Positions 50,411 through 58,838 of a stretch of DNA of 64,000 nt are shown in pieces. Position 1 is the first letter of the stretch; every line of letters begins with the position of its first letter. Made by a program: the position numbers and the translations under genes. This DNA comes from an uncultured delta proteobacterium (GTDB lineage Bacteria > Myxococcota_A > UBA9160 > SMWR01): the NCBI GenBank assembly GCA_963832165.1, contig CAWHTE010000004.1, positions 640,001 to 704,000 on the forward strand. The letters are read 5' to 3'. The notes below the pieces were generated by a model. That model ran no database searches, was not told where the DNA came from, and saw nothing but the letters and a program-made list of their open reading frames with translations.

Positions 50411-51468
50411 TCAGCCCGCACTCGATCTACGGCGCGACCGGAGGGCGATAGTGCCGGCGAAAGCGATCCCGAGCAGCAGCGCCAGAAGCGCGGGGTTGGA
50501 TAGCGCGGGGATGGGTGGCGCCGTGCGCGGAAGCTTCGCCACGCGGAAACCGAGGTCGCTGAACTGGTCCGACGAGTGCATGTCGACGGGACGGCTGTCC
50601 GCGAGCATGGAGCCGAGGCCCCAGAACCACGACCCGCCGCGAATGCCGCGGATGTCCGACTCGGGCACCGTTTCGTTGAACTCCTGCACGTTGCCGCCCT
50701 GGTCGAACGTGCCGTAGGCGCTCGCGCTGTTCTCGTGGGCCCCGACCTCCGTGCGGTAGTACGGGGCGCCAATCGTGCGATCGCCGACGGAGCCGCCGGA
50801 GAACGTCGCGTTGTTACCCGGATCGGGATCGATCAGATCGTTGCTGACGTCGGAATTGTGCGCCGGTCGGAGTAGTTGAAGTAGTTCCCGGTCACGCCGT
50901 CGTTCTTGTGATAGGCCGCCTTGTACCACTCGTTCTCCGTCGGGATGACCCAGGTGGCGTCCGGCTCGCGGACGACGTCCTCCAACTCCTTGTCGCTGGT
51001 CATCCCGTTGAGGAAATACGAGCCGTCCTCGGTGGTGGTCAGGTCCTGCGCGCCGGTCGGCTGGCCGTTGTGCAGCCAGTTGGCGAAGCGGGCCGCGTCG
51101 CCCCAGGAGACGAAGTTCACCGGTCGGTTCGCCCAGTCCGGCGCGACACTGTACGTGTAGCTCCCCGGCGAGCCGGTCCGCTCGATCTTGCAGCCCTCTG
51201 CGTGCGTCCACATGTTCACGTGGTAGAGCGCGTAGGTATCGGTCGCCGCCACGGCGTTGAGGAACGCGGCGTACTGACCGGCCGTCACCTCGTACTTGCC
51301 GATGGCGTACACGTAGTCCACGGCGCCGAAGATGCCTTGGAACGGCTGAGGATCCCCCGCGTTGCCCGGGTTCCCGACGGTGACGGTCTCGATCACCACC
51401 GGCGGCGCTCCCTGAGCCTGCGTGACGCAGACGCCACTCAACACACCCGCCGCCAGCACGATCTTCAA
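50411..51468 (-). CDS. FGE-sulfatase (SUMF1)-domain protein with IPTL-CTERM-like tail (frameshift near 50865)
   Basis: VTVGNPGN, IGKYEVT, PTENEWYKAAY; then DQGGNVQE, RGGSW, LGFRVA; tail PIPALSNPALLALL..RRR; start uncertain. Confidence 0.8.
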
Positions 51469-51485
51469 GGTGTGAAGGGCTACTG

Positions 51486-51941
51486 TTAGGCGGCGGTGAA
51501 CGTGCATAGATGGTCCTGGCGGATGACCCCCACGTGGATGAGGCCCTGAGACTCGTGAATCGTGCATCCGATCTGGTACGGCCATCGAGACCCCACGACG
51601 AAGTCGAAACTCGCCCGGTCGGGAACGAAACGGTGAGTTTTCGTAGGGATGCCGATGACGGCCTGAACCTGCGCAAGGGACATTCCGGACTGAAGCGGAA
51701 GCTGGATCGCGGCTAGAACCCGAGCGCTCAGTGCTTCGGGGAGCTCGCGTAGATCGAGCTCGATGGATCCGAGTGTGTCCGGAGAGGCTTCAGGGCACAG
51801 GAAGGCGGTGAATCCGTCGGCTTCGCCGACCCAGACAGCCCCCATGAACTCCCAGTTGAGCAGCGTGGCGATCCGAGAGGCGTCGGGATGGAACTGAGAG
51901 AGACGCAAGCGCTCGAAGTGCTCGTAGGGAATCAGTTCCAT
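51486..51941 (-). CDS. Hypothetical protein, gene-cassette-like
   Basis: Lower GC; its stop TAA lies within GCCTAAC (attC R'' consensus RYYYAAC). Confidence 0.6.
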   Translation of the reverse strand: MELIPYEHFERLRLSQFHPDASRIATLLNWEFMGAVWVGEADGFTAFLCPEASPDTLGSIELDLRELPEALSARVLAAIQLPLQSGMSLAQVQAVIGIPTKTHRFVPDRASFDFVVGSRWPYQIGCTIHESQGLIHVGVIRQDHLCTFTAA

Positions 51942-51987
51942 GGCTCGCGAAGGTCTGTCCACCGCTGCACATTGTATTAAGCACTTG

Positions 51988-52422
51988 CTAGACGGCGGCC
52001 TCTGCGTTCCCGTCGCGTAGCCCATAGAAAAGCAGCCCACAGAGGGCGATGATGGCGATGCCGGCGGTGACGAGTCCGACTCCGATGACTCCCTGAAACG
52101 GCGTACCCCGAACAGCACCGGCAGCCAGCGGAAGCATCGTGGCACCGGCGCCCCAGATCCCGCCGAGAAGCGGCATCAGCGAGGCAACGAAGAAGGAGTA
52201 GGGACCGAGCCAGAATGCAAGCCGAGACGCACCCGCTCCCAGCCGGAGGTGGGGCCAGACGAGCCCGAACGCGAGAAGAAAGAGAGCTCCGACCACCGCA
52301 TTGACGTGGGCTGCGACGCCGAGGCGAGGCACCGCGAGTGCCGGAATCGCCAGCCCGATGAGGAGACCCACAAACAGCAGCGCGACACCAAGTCGCAGGA
52401 GGCGGCGATCCGGATCTGTCAC
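51988..52422 (-). CDS. Four-TM membrane protein, styrene-oxide-isomerase (StyC)-like
   Basis: LRLGVALLFVGLLIG..PRLGVAAHVNA..LLAFGLVWP; stop lies in the R''-like GTCTAGC. Confidence 0.6.
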   Translation of the reverse strand: MTDPDRRLLRLGVALLFVGLLIGLAIPALAVPRLGVAAHVNAVVGALFLLAFGLVWPHLRLGAGASRLAFWLGPYSFFVASLMPLLGGIWGAGATMLPLAAGAVRGTPFQGVIGVGLVTAGIAIIALCGLLFYGLRDGNAEAAV

Positions 52423-52439
52423 GGATTTCTCCCTCGTAG

Positions 52440-52482
52440 TGGAGCGCGCTTGGCTCGGCAGCCGCAGCGCCTTGCGCGGCGG
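52440..52482 (-). mobile_element. Truncated/degenerate attC (left arm only)
   Basis: CCGCCGCGCAAGGCGCTGCGGCTGCCGAGCCAAGCGCGCTCCA closely matches the left arm of the attC at 54998. Confidence 0.6.
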
Positions 52483-53104
52483 ATTCGCGAACCGCGGATT
52501 CGAGCTTCGGGAGAAACTCCCGAAGCAGTTCCCGCAAGCTGTCTGACATGGTGACTCGCATCGCCTGCTTGATGAAACCCGCACTCGAGCCCGTGTACTC
52601 GGCATCCGCATCGGTAACGACTCGATCCACGCGTTCTGCCAAGAGGGTCCTCTCGCCTTCTCGGAGCGTGAATTCCAGAGAGGTGATGCCGGCCACACGG
52701 ATGAATAGGAAGCCGACCGCCTGGGAGCAAAAGGCGCGAACCCTGCTTTCCAGCGTGAGAGGCGGCGACACCGTGGTCGCAGTATGGACCTTTGAGAACA
52801 GGCCTGAGTTCTCGATCTCGCGCGCAAGCTCATCTTGAATGATGCGACTTGCTGCGTCACCCCAGAACGTATCGCTTCGACATCCCGTCCAACGGGTCGA
52901 GGCTACGGGCTCACCATAGTGATCTTTCCGAGAGTCAACGGGCAACGGTACATAGAGGACACGGTGATCTCGGTGCTGGGAACGAAAGCCCGAGTCGGTG
53001 TGATGAAAGGTGCCGGCCGCCCCTGGAACCCGGGCCGCACCTCGGTTGCAGGCGACTACCGACATGAGAACGATCGCAGCAATACGGACGCACACGATGT
53101 TCAT
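52475..53104 (-). CDS. Hypothetical lipoprotein, cassette gene (natural stop apparently lost; ORF reads on to 51977)
   Basis: Lipobox VVAC; ATG just after GTTAGGC; protein-like sequence ends at the degenerate attC. Confidence 0.55.
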
Positions 53105-53115
53105 TGCATTCCGCC

Positions 53116-53140
53116 GCCTAACTCTTGATGGACTGCGTCC
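53116..53140 (-). mobile_element. attI-like site 2
   Basis: GGACGCAGTCCATCAAGA-GTTAGGC: GTTRRRY core without attC arms; similar to the site at 57226-57251. Confidence 0.5.
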
Positions 53141-53256
53141 TCCGGGCATCCAACGCCGCGACGAACCGCAGCCGATTGTAATTGCGGGAAGACGGGGTCG
53201 GGAGCTTTCCGTCTGAAACGTCTATCCGCTCCGTGGCCGAGGGGGTAGAGTCGGTT

Positions 53257-54309
53257 GTGCGGTGGCTCCCGGCCCGTCTCCTCGCCGGCTTCGCGACGCT
53301 CGTGGCGTCGGTCGCTTCCGCCAACCCCTGGTCCACGCGCGCGCCGCTGCTCGAGGCGGTGCAGGAGGTCGCGGTCGCCGAACTCGGCGGCAAGGTCTAC
53401 GTGGTGGGGGGCCTCCAGGGCACCGCGATCCTGAACCGGGTCGAGGTCTGGGACCCGGTCGCCGATGCCTGGAGCTATGTCGCGACACTCCCGATCCCGC
53501 TCCACCACACGACGGCGACGGCCGTCGGCGGCAAGCTCTACGTGATCGGGGGCTGGCCCAACTTCTTCGCCACGCCGACCGCCCGCGTCTTCGCCTACGA
53601 CCCGGGCGCGAACTCGTGGACGGAGAAGACGTCGATGCCGACTGCGCGCGGCTCGCCGGCGGCCGCCGCCGTGGGCGGGAAGATCTACGTCGCGGGCGGC
53701 GACCCCGGCGCGACCGACTTCGCCGTCTACGATCCGGTCCTGAATACGTGGCAATCGCTTCCGGCGATGCCAACCGGGCGCCAGCACCTCGCCGCCGTGG
53801 GAATCGGCGGGCGCTTCTACGCGATCGCAGGTCGCACGAGCCTCGGCGCCGGCCAGGACAACGTCGCCGCCTTCGAGGTCTACGACCCGGGCACGGGCCT
53901 GTGGAGCGCCCTTGCCCCGATCCCGACGGCGCGGAGCGGCCTCGCGGCCGCCGTCGCGCACGATCGCTACGCCGTGGTCCTTGGCGGCGAGGGCAACGAC
54001 GCGAGCCCGTCCGGCGTCTTCGGCGAGGTCGAGGCCTACGACACCGTCGCGGGTCAGTGGATCGGGCTCACGCCGATGCCGACGCCGCGGCACGGGATCG
54101 GCGCCGCGAGCCTCGGCCGCCGCATCCACGTGCCGGGGGGAGGTCCGCAGGAAGGCTTCGGCCTGAGCGCCGTCCACGAGGTCTACGATTCGAGCCAGGA
54201 GTTCGTCGCGCCCCCCATTCCTGCGCTCGGGGCGGCGGGCCTGCTCGCGCTCGCCCTGGCACTCGCGGGCGCGGGGCTGCTCGTCGTGCGCGCGCGGGGC
54301 TCGCGCTAG
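53257..54309 (+). CDS. Kelch-repeat beta-propeller with IPTL-CTERM-like tail
   Basis: Six GGK(V/L/I)YV.GG...YDP..W repeats; tail PPIPALGAAGLLALALALAGAG..R. Confidence 0.88.
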   Translation: MRWLPARLLAGFATLVASVASANPWSTRAPLLEAVQEVAVAELGGKVYVVGGLQGTAILNRVEVWDPVADAWSYVATLPIPLHHTTATAVGGKLYVIGGWPNFFATPTARVFAYDPGANSWTEKTSMPTARGSPAAAAVGGKIYVAGGDPGATDFAVYDPVLNTWQSLPAMPTGRQHLAAVGIGGRFYAIAGRTSLGAGQDNVAAFEVYDPGTGLWSALAPIPTARSGLAAAVAHDRYAVVLGGEGNDASPSGVFGEVEAYDTVAGQWIGLTPMPTPRHGIGAASLGRRIHVPGGGPQEGFGLSAVHEVYDSSQEFVAPPIPALGAAGLLALALALAGAGLLVVRARGSR

Positions 54310-54339
54310 GCGAGTATTCAGCAGCTCGCCCCGGCCTCA

Positions 54340-54855
54340 CTAGGCGGCAGGCTCGAGGATGAGGGCCATAGGGAGGGCGTCCACGAAGGCGCCATCGACC
54401 TCGACTGCCCCGCGGCGGCATCCCTCTACCACGAAACCCTTTCGCTCGTAGAGCCGACGCGCTCTGGGATTGTTCGAAAGAACCTCGAGCTCCAGTCTTC
54501 GGATCGATCGATGCTTCGCCCATGTGATCGCGGCGTCTAGAAGTCGAGACCCAATGCCTTGACCTCGGTAGGGCGCGAGCACGGACATGCCAAGACTTGC
54601 CCCGTGAGCGGTTTGCGGACGCTCGTGGTGCGCCGCTACTCCAAGATTCGCAACGATGCGGTCGCCGATTGTCGCTACGAAGAATTCCGCGTGCTCCCCT
54701 GCGAATTGGCGAATGAAGGCAGTTTCTTCCTCTAGCGTCGGGACGCTGTCGTAGCGGAAGATTGTTGGTAGGCGTTCCGCACGGAGAGCCGTAACGTAGT
54801 CAATGAGTGCGGGTACGTCGCGCTCTCCGGCACTACGGATCGTGATCGTAGGCAT
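54340..54855 (-). CDS. GNAT family N-acetyltransferase (cassette gene)
   Basis: LGMSVLAPYRGQGIGSRL, NPRARRLYERKGF; ATG a few bases after the attC R' core. Confidence 0.88.
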   Translation of the reverse strand: MPTITIRSAGERDVPALIDYVTALRAERLPTIFRYDSVPTLEEETAFIRQFAGEHAEFFVATIGDRIVANLGVAAHHERPQTAHGASLGMSVLAPYRGQGIGSRLLDAAITWAKHRSIRRLELEVLSNNPRARRLYERKGFVVEGCRRGAVEVDGAFVDALPMALILEPAA

Positions 54856-54863
54856 TCCCTGTC

Positions 54864-54998
54864 GCATAACGGACCGGCGCTTAGCTGCGAGCCACAGTGC
54901 CTCCGCAGCCGGTTCGAAGCGCCCGAGGTCGATGCGAAACGGTACCATGGATCGATTGGAACGCGCTGTGGCTCGGCAGCTGCAGCGGCTTGTTGAGC
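54864..54998 (-). mobile_element. Integron attC site
   Basis: R'' GCTCAAC, L'' GCTGCAGC, arms GCTGCCGAGCCACAG/CTGTGGCTCGCAGC, L' GCTAAGC, R' GTTATGC. Confidence 0.88.
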
Positions 54999-55042
54999 GG
55001 CGGGCCGCTCGACCTGTCTACTACTACGGAGAGATCTGTCGG

Positions 55043-55638
55043 ATGTCGGAATCTGCAGATCAACACCCTCCGATCCGGGCGCCGCTTGGCGATGTGATGA
55101 CCGATCGGCTCGAGCTTCGGAAATTCCGCTCGGAGATCTCGATGAGCTGGCGGTAGTGTTCGAGAAGCCCGAGGTCTGGAGGTTTCCGTACGGGCGGGGC
55201 TTCACGCGCGAGGAGACAGCTGCCTTTTTGGAGACGCAACTCGCGGAGTGGAGCACCTGTGGATTCGGGTGCTGGCTCGCTCGGGAACGCAAGAGCGATC
55301 GAGTCGTCGGCTACGTAGGACTATCCGTTCCGGTCTTTCTTCCTGCGATTCTGCCCGCCGTGGAGGTTGGATGGCGCTTCGATCCCGGGGTCTGGGGCAG
55401 GGGTTATGCGAGCGAAGGTGCACGTGCCGCCCTCGCAGAGGCATTTGCCACACTGGGACTGAGCGAGGTCTGCTCGGTTCCCCAGGCAGACAATCCGGCG
55501 TCGAGCCGAGTCTGCGAGCGTCTTGGGATGCGCTTTGAGCGGGAGGTAGTGATACCAGCCAACGCGCGGCGAGGGATGCTTGCGGGCCTGCTCTACAAGA
55601 TGTCGCGAGCTGCATGGTCGGCAGCGGTTCAGGGTTGA
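55043..55638 (+). CDS. RimJ/RimL-type GNAT acetyltransferase, antisense to cassette direction (frameshift near 55135)
   Basis: TDRLELRKFR, then VEVGWRF..WGRGYASE and NPASSRVCERLGM in another frame. Confidence 0.8.
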
Positions 55639-55679
55639 ACCGCTTCTTGCGCTGCGCCTCCACCTCGGTCGTTCCCGCC

Positions 55680-55795
55680 GCCCAACGTCTGGCCGCTAAG
55701 CTGCGGCCGCGCGCGATGCTACCAAGACCCGTGTTGGCTCAGGCCACCCGTCGAACTTGAAGCCCGTGGCCGGCAGCTTCAGCGGCTTGTTGGAC
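55680..55795 (-). mobile_element. Integron attC site
   Basis: R'' GTCCAAC, L'' GCTGAAGC, L' GCTTAGC, R' GTTGGGC, with complementary arms. Confidence 0.88.
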
Positions 55796-55804
55796 GGCGC
55801 CACA

Positions 55805-57170
55805 CTACACCGTTGGTCTGACATTGTTGTTCAGGTGGAACAAGTTCGTCGGATCGAGCCTGTTCTTCAGCGCGACGAGCCGTGCGTAGTTCGGCCCGTA
55901 CGCGTGCTCGACCGCGCCTTCGGTCTCGTCCTCGGTCTGGTAGTTCACGTAGGACTCGCGGGCCATGTGGGGGCGCAGCGCATCGTAGGTGGCGCGCGCC
56001 CACGCGATGTTCTTCTCGTCGTCCTTCGGGTCGAGCCACTGGGAGACGACCAGCAGGTTGTAGCTCTCGCGCCGGTGAGGGAACGCCGTCTCGCCGACGC
56101 CGACCCGTGCGGCGGCCCCATGGAAGTGCTCGAGAACGAGCCCGCTCATCGGCGAGGGGCAGACCGCGAACTGCGCGATGAGCGCGTCGATCGCCTCGTC
56201 GCTGAGTTCCGCGAGGAAGCTCGACTTCCAGTAGTTCCTCGCACCGCGGGGGAAGCCCGGGTCGAAGAGCTTCGTGTTCGTGTCCACGTAGCTCGCGGGG
56301 CCGATGGTGTCGACCACGGGCGACCGAACCGCTTGATCGGCCGGGTCGCCGCTTCGCCCTCGGCCAGCGAGCCGCAATGACACGCGACGATCGCCGCCAG
56401 AGGTACGCCCGAGCCGTCGGGGGCGATGCAACAGTCCACCGTAGAGCGTGAGCTCGTCGGGCACGGAAGAGGTGACCTCGCGGAAGAACTGCAGCACGTC
56501 GCGCGCGCGTTCAATAGGGTGGGCCACGAGGCCGCTCGTGACCGGCCCCACCGGATGCAGCCGGTACTCGAACCACGAGACCACGCCGAAGTTCCCTCCC
56601 CCGCCCCGCAGCCCCCAGAACAGATCGCGGTCTCCCTCGGCGCTCGCCCGCACGACGTCGCCCGCAGCGGTGACGACCTCCGCAGAAATCAGGTTGTCGG
56701 CGGCGAGCCCGTGCTTGCCCATGAGCCAGCCGAGCCCGCCTCCGAGCGTAAGACCCGCGATTCCGGTCGTCGAGACGACGCCTCCGGTCGTGGCGAGGCC
56801 ATGGAGCTGGGTCTCGCGGTTAAACTCGCCCCACGTCACGCCTCCCTGGGCGCGCACCGTGCGGTGCCCGGGATCGACGTGGATGCCCTTCATCAGCGAG
56901 AGGTCGAGCATCAACCCGCCTTCGCAGACGGACTTCCCCGCGACGCTGTGACCGCCGCCGCGGACGGCGAGCTCGAGTTCGTGCGTGCGCGGCGAATCGA
57001 ACGGCGTCAATGACATCGGCGGTCCCGAGGCAGCGAGCGATCAGGGCCGGACGGCGGGCGAACATGCCGTTGTGGATGCGACGCACTTCGTCGTAATCAG
57101 CGTCGGTGGGCGTGAGGACGCCGCCGCGCAGGCTGGCCCGGAGATCGTTGAGCGCTGCTTCCTTGACCAT
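55805..57170 (-). CDS. FAD-binding oxidoreductase (berberine-bridge-enzyme-like), cassette gene, with several frameshifts
   Basis: YDEVRRIHN..RPALIARC; VRGGGHSVAG; DLFWGLRGGGGNFGVV; YVNY; LKNRLDPTNLFHLN; GAGGA RBS. Confidence 0.85.
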
Positions 57171-57225
57171 GGGTTTCCTCCTCTCTCAGCCCGCAACCGG
57201 CTTTGCCAGATCGCTGCTTGGCGCC

Positions 57226-57251
57226 GTCCAACTGTTAATGGATTGCGAGCC
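57226..57251 (-). mobile_element. attI-like site 1 heading the cassette array
   Basis: GGCTCGCAATCCATTAACA-GTTGGAC; the downstream TTGGACGGCGC is exactly complementary to GCGCCGTCCAAC at that cassette's attC. Confidence 0.6.
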
Positions 57252-57337
57252 CGATGGTAAACGCTGCGAGAGCTCGCAGCCTATTTGCTGGGTCGCGGTG
57301 GAGAGGTTCGGAAATCGCGTTGCTGGGGGCGATCCGC

Positions 57338-57357
57338 AACTGGATTTGAATCCAGTT
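57338..57357. promoter_or_regulatory. Perfect palindrome matching the CTG-N10-CAG LexA/SOS-box pattern
   Basis: AACTGGATT-TG-AATCCAGTT, about 100 bp from the attI-like site. Confidence 0.5.
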
Positions 57358-57595
57358 CGGGGAGCAAACGCTTGCGAACGTGCGAAGGCGTCGGGTTACG
57401 CCGAGGCGCGTCGGTGCCCGTGGGAGATCGAGGGAAAACAACGGGTTGGCGGCGAGGCGTCGTGCGGCCCCGGCGGGTCCCCGGCGGCGCGTGACCGCCT
57501 TCGTTTTCAGCGCGTGAGGCTCCTGCGGGGAAACGCCAGGATCGCCCAGGCGGGGCGATCGGCGGCCGGCCGTCTCCGAATGGCGGGGCGCCTTG

Positions 57596-58828
57596 CTAGC
57601 GGTAGCGGTTCCAGACCGCTTCGCGGCGGCGCGCGAGCTGTGCGCGCCGCGCTTCGGGCGTCACCGTGGGATGGTCGGGCGGCATCGCCTTGCGCACGGC
57701 GTCGAGCGACACCACGTGTGCGCGCGGTACCGGATTGGTGCGCGCCCACACCCAGCGGTACACGAGCAGGCCGCGCTGTCTCTCTTCGGTGTCGATCCAG
57801 TTCGGTGTCGCGGGATCGCGATGCGCGACGACGATCCGGATCACGCCATCGCCGTCGACGTGGGTCTGATGATCGTTCAGGCTGATCTGGCGGCGATCGA
57901 ACTCGCCGGTCTCGAGCCAGGGCAGGGTGTGGGTGACGAAGTTCCAGTAGTCGGCGTCGGGTCGCTCGACCTCGAGCACGAGCGCCTCGTCGGGCTCGAG
58001 ATTCCAGAAGCAGCTCCCGTACAGGATGTTGTCCGCGCCTCCGGGGGCGCTGCGCGCCGCGGCGGCCGCGTTCGGCGTCGCACGCGCCCAGCCCTGGCCC
58101 GTGTAGCGGCTCCAGTAGTCGACCGACGCCTCCACCCAGCGCGCGGTGCGCTCGAGCGCCGCCGCGAGCGCGCCCGGGTCGAGCAGCGGACGCGGCTCGC
58201 CCTCGGCGCCGACGCGCTCGATCTGGAAGATCGGCAGCACGTCGCGCTCCCAGTCGGACTGGTACAGACGGATCGTGAAGATGCGCGCGCGCGGATCCAG
58301 CTCGATGCAGTGCCCCTCGCCCACTCGATGGTCTTCGCTCGCCTTCGGCTCGCTGCGCGAAACTTGCGCAGACCCCTTCGGCACGAGCCAGATCTCGAGG
58401 CCGCCGTCGCTCGCGAGCGGCAGCTGGTCGAGCGAGCGCTCGCCGAACACGCCGTACTCGGAGAGCTGCATGTCGCCCTCGTGCAGCGAGAAGATCGCCT
58501 GGCGCAGGCCGCGCGCGTCGCGCGTCCACACGCGATAGGCGAGGCTCGGGTCGACGTTCGCGCGCAGGTAGATGTTGTCGGGGTTGGGGCCGCCCCACTG
58601 GTTCCAGGGGTTCTGATGGCTCACGAAACCCGGGAAGCGCGGATCGCCGGCTTCGATCTCCTGCTGCGCGGCGTAGATCAGCCAGCGCATGACCGCGCGG
58701 TAGCCCTCGCTGCGCGCGCGCGGGTCCGCGAAATCGCCGCTCTGGAGCCGCTCGCCGATCGCCTCGAGGCGGCTGCAGAACGCGCGCCACGCGGAGCCGT
58801 CGAGCAGCGCAGCGCCGGCGTCGGACAT
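57596..58828 (-). CDS. DUF1214-domain protein
   Basis: SAWRAFC, WGGPNPDNIY, IRLYQSDW, LEPDEALVLE, IVVAHRDP..PNWIDT. Confidence 0.8.
   Translation of the reverse strand: MSDAGAALLDGSAWRAFCSRLEAIGERLQSGDFADPRARSEGYRAVMRWLIYAAQQEIEAGDPRFPGFVSHQNPWNQWGGPNPDNIYLRANVDPSLAYRVWTRDARGLRQAIFSLHEGDMQLSEYGVFGERSLDQLPLASDGGLEIWLVPKGSAQVSRSEPKASEDHRVGEGHCIELDPRARIFTIRLYQSDWERDVLPIFQIERVGAEGEPRPLLDPGALAAALERTARWVEASVDYWSRYTGQGWARATPNAAAAARSAPGGADNILYGSCFWNLEPDEALVLEVERPDADYWNFVTHTLPWLETGEFDRRQISLNDHQTHVDGDGVIRIVVAHRDPATPNWIDTEERQRGLLVYRWVWARTNPVPRAHVVSLDAVRKAMPPDHPTVTPEARRAQLARRREAVWNRYR
58326..58368 (-). repeat. Intragenic ~40-bp repeat, copy 3
   Basis: CGCAAGTTTCGCGCAGCGAGCCGAAGGCGAGCGAAGACCATCG, read as QVSRSEPKASEDHR. 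Confidence 0.9.
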
Positions 58829-58838
58829 CGCGCTGGGC

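Noticed and set aside
57106..57885. Plus-strand ORF as an integron integrase
   Set aside because: No R-H-R-H-Y tyrosine recombinase motifs; it overlaps real minus-strand genes and looks like a shadow ORF.
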